NCBI GenBank assembly: GCA_963707365.1
Contig: CAVPPI010000001.1
Location: 39,257-103,256 of the forward strand
DNA: 64,000 nucleotides
Source: an uncultured candidate division Zixibacteria bacterium
Lineage (GTDB): Bacteria; Zixibacteria; MSB-5A5; GN15; FEB-12
Direction of reading: 5' to 3'
Shown: in pieces, positions 58,165-64,000 of the stretch
How positions within the stretch are numbered: the stretch's first letter is position 1
Layout: each line of letters begins with the position of its first letter
Translations under genes and position numbers: made by a program
The notes under the pieces: generated by a model
Database searches by the model: none
What the model saw: only the letters and a program-made list of their open reading frames with translations
What the model was told of the DNA's origin: nothing

Positions 58165-60222
58165 TTATCCGCCGGTTCTTCGCTTTGCCGCGGGAGCTGC
58201 CGATTCGGCTGGTTCGGCTGGCTGCGCGGGTTTAGGCGCAGGAGCCGATTCTTTTGCCGAAGATTCGTCTTTATCCCTGGCAGGAGAATCGTCACCGGCG
58301 TAGAAATCAACCTTCGGGAAATCAGCCCGGGGTTCTTCTCTCACCACGGCGACCTCTTCCGTCCGGTTGGTATCCGGGGCCGATGGAGTCTCATCCGATG
58401 CCGGCCTTCCCTTGTCCACAGTTTCCTTCTGGCGCAGCTCTGCCAATTGCGCGGCTATCTTGGCGCGCTCACGCTCGATAGTCTGACTCGATAGATTGGT
58501 ACCGGCGGCGTCGACCTGTGGCTCTTCTTTACGGTCGACTGTCGGTGGCTGTTCTTTTTTTCTCGGGCGAAGTTCGTTCTCCAGCACATGATACGGAACC
58601 GGCGGCATTACGAAAGTTGCAGCCTTTTCTTCGTTGCTTTTGCGTTCCTGTTTTTCGGGAGGTCGGGCTTCCGTTCTGGCCGGCCGCTCTCTTCTTTTCG
58701 ACTGCCGGTCACCACGGTTGTTTCTGTCCTGAGCGCCTTCTCTGGGTTTGCGGTCCCGAGTGCGATCCGGGGTTTTTCTCTCTGTACGGGGAGCCTTGTC
58801 TTCCTGCTGGGGACGAGAATCCCGCTGAGGGCGTGAATTCCTTTGCGGACGAGAATCGCGCTGGGGCCGAGAATCACGTTGCGGCCGGGAGTCGCGTTTC
58901 TGACGGGAGTCACGTGACGGACGGTCGGTCTGCGTTCTGCCTCTCTGAGGTGTCTTTCCAGCCGATTCTGACCTTATGTGCCGGGCTGTTTTGAAATCAA
59001 AAGTCTCACTTATCACAGCGGCACCCACAGCATCACCCCAGATGTCGACTGCCACACGCCACCGGTCAAAGAACCAATCGACGACCAGTACGATTGCGAT
59101 ACCGGCGTAGGCTTCGGCCGGAAAACCGGCCGCGTACATAACAACGGCCAGTAGCATCACGGAAGCATTAGGTATCAACGATGTTCCGAATGAGATGATA
59201 AACGATGTTCCGATGACAATCAGAATCTGCATGATTGAAAGATTCACCTGGAACATCTGAGCGCAAAACAGAGCGGCGACTATCAGGTAGAGAGCAGTGC
59301 CGTTCATGTTCACCATCGTTCCGAGCGGGAGGGCAATCGATCCGGCCCGGTCATCCACTTTGTTCTTCTCAACTACACAATCGTAGGTGACCGGAAGGGC
59401 AGCGGCGGCAGAACCTGTTCCGAGAGCCGTCATGACGGCCGGGACAGTGTTGCCGAAATATTCGCCAACCGGCTTCAGAGCGAAAAACTTGAGGATGAGC
59501 GGAAGGATGACAACCGCCTGAATTAAGAACGCTGCTGCCAGTGTTACCGAATACATGCCCAGCGTACCAAACATCCGACCCATAGTCAGCGAATTCTCGG
59601 CTACGAGTGTGCCTGCGAGCGAGAGAAGTCCGAGCGGTGCCACCCACAGCAGTAACATTACAATTCTGGAAACGGCATCATTCACGGCCCGGAAAAAGTC
59701 TATAATAACTTTTCCCCTGTCACCCATCGGTATCAAAACGGCCCCGAAGAAGATTGAGAAGATAATCAATCCGAGCAAACCACCGTGAGCGCTACTGCTC
59801 AAAAGGCTTTCGGGGATTATTGAGCCCAGCACATCAGTAACGGAGAATGATGTTACTCCGAGCGCCTCGGCCGGGATTGTCGCTCCGGCGGCGGTTACGC
59901 CCACGCCGGGTTGAATCAGACTGACCAGGCCGAAACCGATGACAACGGCGATGGCGCTGGTGATTCCAAAATAGAGAAGGGTCTTTCCGACCGTGCGACT
60001 AACCCTTCCAACATCGGCCATAGCGGCCACGCCAACAATCAAGGTGGCGACAACAAGCGGGATCACTACAATTCGCAGAGCATTCAGAAAAAGCTGTCCG
60101 ATAAAACTGATCGATAGCATCGTTTGGGGAAAGAAGTAGCCGAGAAGACCACCAAGGACAATCGCGGCAACCGTAGCGAGAAGCAGTGATGTTGAGGATT
60201 TACTGTTCATTTTCTCCTGCAT
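58165..60222 (-). CDS. Dicarboxylate/amino acid:cation symporter (SDF/GltP family) with a 276-aa charged low-complexity C-terminal extension
   Basis: The first ~409 aa form a typical SDF core (NALRIVVIPLVVATL, PLGTMVNMNGTALY, GIAIVLVVDWFFDRWRVAVDIWGDAVGA). The tail is R/E/P/K/D/S-rich. The start is more likely ATG 60210, which is preceded by AGGAGA. Confidence 0.8.
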   Translation of the reverse strand: MQEKMNSKSSTSLLLATVAAIVLGGLLGYFFPQTMLSISFIGQLFLNALRIVVIPLVVATLIVGVAAMADVGRVSRTVGKTLLYFGITSAIAVVIGFGLVSLIQPGVGVTAAGATIPAEALGVTSFSVTDVLGSIIPESLLSSSAHGGLLGLIIFSIFFGAVLIPMGDRGKVIIDFFRAVNDAVSRIVMLLLWVAPLGLLSLAGTLVAENSLTMGRMFGTLGMYSVTLAAAFLIQAVVILPLILKFFALKPVGEYFGNTVPAVMTALGTGSAAAALPVTYDCVVEKNKVDDRAGSIALPLGTMVNMNGTALYLIVAALFCAQMFQVNLSIMQILIVIGTSFIISFGTSLIPNASVMLLAVVMYAAGFPAEAYAGIAIVLVVDWFFDRWRVAVDIWGDAVGAAVISETFDFKTARHIRSESAGKTPQRGRTQTDRPSRDSRQKRDSRPQRDSRPQRDSRPQRNSRPQRDSRPQQEDKAPRTERKTPDRTRDRKPREGAQDRNNRGDRQSKRRERPARTEARPPEKQERKSNEEKAATFVMPPVPYHVLENELRPRKKEQPPTVDRKEEPQVDAAGTNLSSQTIERERAKIAAQLAELRQKETVDKGRPASDETPSAPDTNRTEEVAVVREEPRADFPKVDFYAGDDSPARDKDESSAKESAPAPKPAQPAEPAESAAPAAKRRTGG
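58807..58914 (-). repeat. Six tandem 18-nt units encoding RDSR(Q/P)(K/Q) hexapeptides within the transporter tail
   Basis: The peptide is RDSRQK-RDSRPQ-RDSRPQ-RDSRPQ-RNSRPQ-RDSRPQ. The DNA units differ at synonymous positions. Confidence 0.85.
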
Positions 60223-60449
60223 TTGTTTGGTCCGGGATATAATTGCTTCAACCTGTTTTATAAAATCTCCGAACCAGGTTTAACCATAGAACAGCGATAC
60301 ATTTCCATATCGTTTGCAATGCGCCGGTGTGGTTGAAGCATTCAAAGGCTGTTCTTTCCAGTGATTACTCCATTAGGAGTCTTGCGGAAGCCGGCTCACC
60401 TGGCCGTCTGGCCCCGCGCTGTGGCGCACTGCGTTCACAATGACTGGTA

Positions 60450-60478
60450 ATAATACAACCTGTCTTCCGATTAAGCAA
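60450..60478 (-). promoter_or_regulatory. Candidate sigma-70-type promoter for the SDF symporter, implying a ~230-nt leader
   Basis: The minus strand reads TTGCTT, a 17-nt spacer, then TATTAT. Confidence 0.4.
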
Positions 60479-60640
60479 TGTTTTTTGATTTATGCCTGTT
60501 ATGTTGTTGTCGGGCAGTGAAATGGCGATAATTGCACCATGTGCGGGCGTCGGGTAGTTAAAATAGAATCTGTCAGGGACAACAATACAGCCGGCGGAGG
60601 TTGTGATTGAAATCGGATAGCGATACGGTTATATTGGGAT

Positions 60641-61990
60641 ATGGACCTTTTTGGAAAAGAAGATCCCGGAGCTTTGGCCCATTCCGACTCCGGTATAAAA
60701 CCACTGGCCGACAGAATGCGACCGGCCAATCTTGACCAATTTTTCGGTCAGGAGAAAATTATCGGTCCGGGAACGCCGCTGCGAAAAGCAATAGAGCAGG
60801 ACAAAGTCGGCTCAATCATCTTCTGGGGGCCGCCCGGTTCGGGAAAAACAACGCTGGCATCGCTGATAGCTCGCTCGACTCAGGGGCAGTTCACGCCGTT
60901 CTCGGCGGCTACATCAGGAATCAAAGAGGTCAAAGAAGTAATATCAAGGGCGGGTAACTACTACAAGATGACAGGACGCCGGACCTATGTATTCATCGAT
61001 GAAATTCACCGGTTCAACAAAGCCCAGCAGGACGCCTTTCTTCCGTATGTCGAGTCAGGCGAGATAATTCTCATTGGCGCAACAACCGAGAATCCTTCGT
61101 TCGAGGTCAACTCGGCTCTTTTGTCACGGATGCGGGTGTATGTTCTGGAGCGATTGTCCGAAGAAGCTCTGACAAGTATTGTCGAAAGAGCTTTAACCGA
61201 TACCGACTCCGGTTTAGCCCGGATGGGTTTGAAGTTTGGTGATGATGCTCTTCGTTTCATTGCCGCCGCCGCTGACGGCGATGCCCGGAGGGCCTTAGTG
61301 CTGGTCGAAAACAGCGCCGAGTTTGTGGGGCAGGACGGGGCGATCACGGTAGATGCCTTAAAGCAAATTCACCAGAAGAGCATCGCCGTATACGACAAGG
61401 CGGCTGAAGAGCATTACAACTTGATCTCGGCCCTCCACAAGACCATTCGGGGCGGAGACCCCGATGCCGCTCTTTACTGGCTGGCCAGAATGCTCGATGC
61501 CGGCGAGGACCCGATGTATATAGTCAGGCGTCTGGTGAGGTTTGCGTCCGAGGATATCGGCATGGCCGACCCGTATGCGCTCACGGTGGCGATAAATGCC
61601 CGGGATGCTTACCATTTTCTCGGATCTCCCGAGGGCGACCTCGCCATCGCACAGGCCGTCATTTATCTTGCCTGCGCCCCCAAATCAAATGCGGCCTACA
61701 CTGCTTTCGGCAAGGCTCTCGCGGACGCCCGGGAGAAAGGATCACTGCCGGTTCCTTTGCATCTGCGAAACGCCCCGACTTCCCTTATGAAAGCCATAGG
61801 CTACGGCAAGGATTATCAGTACGCTCACGATCATGCCGACGGTGTGACCGATCAGGTCAATCTTCCGGAAGACCTCGACGGCAAGGAATATTATCACCCG
61901 CGTGAATCAGGGCGGGAGAAAAAGACCAGAGAATATCTCGAGTGGTTCAAGAAACGCCGTCTTGAGCTAAAGCAAAAACCCCGCAAATAA
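60641..61990 (+). CDS. rarA: Replication-associated recombination protein A (RarA/MgsA AAA+ ATPase)
   Basis: Recognisable motifs are PLADRMRPANLDQFFGQEKIIG, Walker A GPPGSGKTT, FIDEIHRFNK and the MgsA C-terminal domain YQYAHD. Confidence 0.92.
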   Translation: MDLFGKEDPGALAHSDSGIKPLADRMRPANLDQFFGQEKIIGPGTPLRKAIEQDKVGSIIFWGPPGSGKTTLASLIARSTQGQFTPFSAATSGIKEVKEVISRAGNYYKMTGRRTYVFIDEIHRFNKAQQDAFLPYVESGEIILIGATTENPSFEVNSALLSRMRVYVLERLSEEALTSIVERALTDTDSGLARMGLKFGDDALRFIAAAADGDARRALVLVENSAEFVGQDGAITVDALKQIHQKSIAVYDKAAEEHYNLISALHKTIRGGDPDAALYWLARMLDAGEDPMYIVRRLVRFASEDIGMADPYALTVAINARDAYHFLGSPEGDLAIAQAVIYLACAPKSNAAYTAFGKALADAREKGSLPVPLHLRNAPTSLMKAIGYGKDYQYAHDHADGVTDQVNLPEDLDGKEYYHPRESGREKKTREYLEWFKKRRLELKQKPRK

Positions 61991-62192
61991 GCTCCTCCTC
62001 CAACCCTTTTCCTATCGTAAGTCAGAGCTGCCCGCGCATTCCTTGTCGGCGCAGGGTGGTATTGTTAGTTTGTTGAATGTCAGCGATTTGCCGGTTAAGC
62101 GGGATGCCTCCACTGCCGATATACTAATAGTTGAGGGCGGCTATGCCGTTTGGGCAAACCCGGTCATAATGTTTTGCAGTTAGAGGCCTGTG

Positions 62193-64000
62193 TTGACGTT
62201 GAAGAAAAAAGTTACCCATCTGATTAATACAATCCGCTTTCTAAGCCAGCGTTTCTGGGCGGCGGCGGTCATTTTCGTTCTGGGATTGGTGTCAACCTAC
62301 CTTCTTCTGTGGGTGTATCTGCAGACCGCCCACCATGCATCGTCCCACGTTCCGCTGATGATGGAAACGAACCGCATCAGCATACTTATCTCCCGTTCAC
62401 ATGTCGCTATCGAGGAATATATGGACGGCGATGAAGACATACATGCGGGCGAAATCGTAGCAGGTCTGAGCGAGTCGCTGATTCTGTCGGAAAAACTGGT
62501 TAGCGTAATAAGCCGGGATAAAGGTCTCCGGGAGTGCCCGCTGCACGGCCAGTATCTGAATACCATGCTAAGAGCGGATAGTCTGGTGAAACGCTTTGTC
62601 GAGGTCGCCCGCGAGCGTATTCGCATCAGGTCCGCCGGCTTATCGGATATCGGGCTCGACCGGCAGAGTGATTCGCTTGCCGACGCCCTGGTTGCCACCA
62701 CCTGCGAATTGGAAACTATCCTCGTGGATGAAGTCCAGCGGCGAAAAAACAATCTGCTCATGGTTCTACTCGCTGTGATAGGCTTCTGGTCTCTACTCGT
62801 GACAGTTGTCTTCATAGTCAGCCGTAATAAAGAGTCACACCGGAATCGCGTTCTGGAGGATCTTCGCAAAGCCGAAGAGAAAGTGCGCACCTTCGTATCA
62901 ACCGCCGATGATATGATCTATTTCCAGTGGCCCGACGGCTCAGTATCGGATTTGAACCAGGCGGTATTCAAAGTAACCGGGTACTCAGCCAGAGAATTTC
63001 AGAAAAATCCGCGCCTGTGGTGTGATATTTTGCATCCCGAAGAACACGAGTTGGCCGAAGAATTTTTCAGAAAGTGCCCACGAGGAGAATCCTCTTTCGA
63101 GTTTCAATACAGACTTAAGACCAAGGCGGGACAGTGGCGCTGGATACAATCAAAAAGAGTTGTGGTCAGGGGGGATGATGGCTGTTTTGCCGGATACAAC
63201 TGTATCGACAGGGACATTTCGTTACTGAAAGAATCAGCCCAGGATCTGGCCAGAAAGACCGAGGAACTGGCCGAGAGGGTAAAGGAGCAGCAGTGTCTTT
63301 ACGGCGTTGCCCAGGTGCTCAGAGACTTTTCGCTGACCCTCGATGTGGCCTTCCGACGAGTGCTTGAACACGTGCAGATGGCGTGGCTGTACCCGGCGAT
63401 TTGCAGGGCGAGGATCACCATTGGCGACAAGGAATTTATGCTGGCTCCCTTTGATCTGTCAAGCTGGGTCCAAAGCGCTGATATCTACGTTGGCAACAGC
63501 AAAGTCGGGCGAATTGATGTCTGCTATATCGAAGAGATGCCGCCATCCGACGAGGGACCATTCCTTTACGAAGAACGTGAACTTATCGACGCGCTGGCGC
63601 GCGAAATCGGTAACCACATCGCCCGGCGTCGAGCTGAAGAAGAACTGCTGCAAAATAATGCTTTCCTCAACTCGGTGCTTGATTCACTGACATATCCCTT
63701 CTATGTCCTCGATGCCAACGACTACAGCGTTAAGGTTGCCAATCGTGCCTCCGGCGCCAATCCTTCCGAGAAGCAAACCACATGCTATGAGCTGAGTCAT
63801 GGCAGAAGCTCACCGTGCACATCGGACGCCCACCCCTGTCCGCTTCGGCAGGTCAAAAAAGAGCGTAAACCGTGTGTCGTGGAGCACGTCCATCAAGACA
63901 GAGACGGGACTGAAAGATATCACGAAGTCCACGGTTACCCGGTATTCGATGAAAATGGCGAAGTTATCCAGGTTATCGAGTATATGCTCGATATTACCGA
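62193..64000 (+). CDS. Membrane-anchored multi-sensor protein (2 TM, PAS, GAF-like, PAS-like with Cys/His cluster), probably the N-terminal part of a histidine kinase; runs off the window
   Basis: The reading frame is open from the TAG at 62181-62183 to the window end and is not in the ORF track because it has no stop. The start is one of GTG 62190, TTG 62193 or TTG 62199, after AGAGG. The PAS domain reads MIYFQWPDGSVSDLNQAVFKVTGYSAREF...WRWIQSK. The minus-strand ORF 62297..62890 is its shadow. Confidence 0.8.
   Translation, partial: MTLKKKVTHLINTIRFLSQRFWAAAVIFVLGLVSTYLLLWVYLQTAHHASSHVPLMMETNRISILISRSHVAIEEYMDGDEDIHAGEIVAGLSESLILSEKLVSVISRDKGLRECPLHGQYLNTMLRADSLVKRFVEVARERIRIRSAGLSDIGLDRQSDSLADALVATTCELETILVDEVQRRKNNLLMVLLAVIGFWSLLVTVVFIVSRNKESHRNRVLEDLRKAEEKVRTFVSTADDMIYFQWPDGSVSDLNQAVFKVTGYSAREFQKNPRLWCDILHPEEHELAEEFFRKCPRGESSFEFQYRLKTKAGQWRWIQSKRVVVRGDDGCFAGYNCIDRDISLLKESAQDLARKTEELAERVKEQQCLYGVAQVLRDFSLTLDVAFRRVLEHVQMAWLYPAICRARITIGDKEFMLAPFDLSSWVQSADIYVGNSKVGRIDVCYIEEMPPSDEGPFLYEERELIDALAREIGNHIARRRAEEELLQNNAFLNSVLDSLTYPFYVLDANDYSVKVANRASGANPSEKQTTCYELSHGRSSPCTSDAHPCPLRQVKKERKPCVVEHVHQDRDGTERYHEVHGYPVFDENGEVIQVIEYMLDIT

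Noticed and set aside
60223-60640. SRP RNA, 6S RNA or a known riboswitch in the 418-bp divergent intergenic region
   Set aside because: I found no match to the SRP helix-8 consensus (GGAAGCAGCC-type) or to glycine, glutamine or guanidine riboswitch cores. It is retained only as an unclassified structured-leader candidate.

Overview
This is a 64-kb chromosomal segment from a diderm bacterium. The diderm call rests on Lol lipoprotein-sorting genes, outer-membrane phospholipase A, a C-terminal-Phe beta-barrel protein and several lipobox proteins. The gene content (DUF5683, GAF-PP2C, MshEN/PATAN and HD-GYP signalling proteins, ECF sigma) looks like an uncultivated FCB-type/Zixibacteria-like lineage, but taxonomy cannot be established from this window alone. 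I call about 60 protein genes, mostly housekeeping. They include lolE/lolD-mcsA-mcsB-clpC, rpmA, a UvrD/PcrA helicase, recO, glyQS, Fe/Mn-SOD, selD, a gmd-rmd-sugar dehydrogenase cluster, rng-fmt-def-yajC, rlmD, a CDF transporter, htpX, rarA, and a partial tRNA-Leu at the left edge. Non-housekeeping content is as follows. (1) An intact REP-associated tyrosine transposase (RAYT) sits between inverted arrays of its REP hairpins next to the tRNA, and a second decayed REP locus lies at 26.2-27.7 kb. (2) selD is recoded with an in-frame UGA (selenocysteine) and a SECIS-like hairpin, so the ORF track truncates it. (3) c-di-GMP-type signalling genes are present: a 713-aa protein whose N-terminus carries both halves of the published MshEN c-di-GMP-binding motif, and a three-gene operon ending in an HD-GYP protein. 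(4) A nickel superoxide dismutase has a Sec-type signal peptide instead of the usual short propeptide, and it lies downstream of a YtfI/YtfJ-like gene pair. (5) An SDF-family symporter carries a 276-aa charged low-complexity tail containing a hexapeptide repeat. (6) There are three apparent frame disruptions, in recO, a TPR gene and the transporter tail. I did not recognise a CRISPR array, prophage, defence island, rRNA or secretion-system cluster. No single locus can be called a new system from sequence alone. The best candidates for under-described biology are the MshEN/HD-GYP modules, the exported NiSOD cluster and the two-hairpin REP/RAYT system. All functional calls come from reading motifs by eye; no database search was run.
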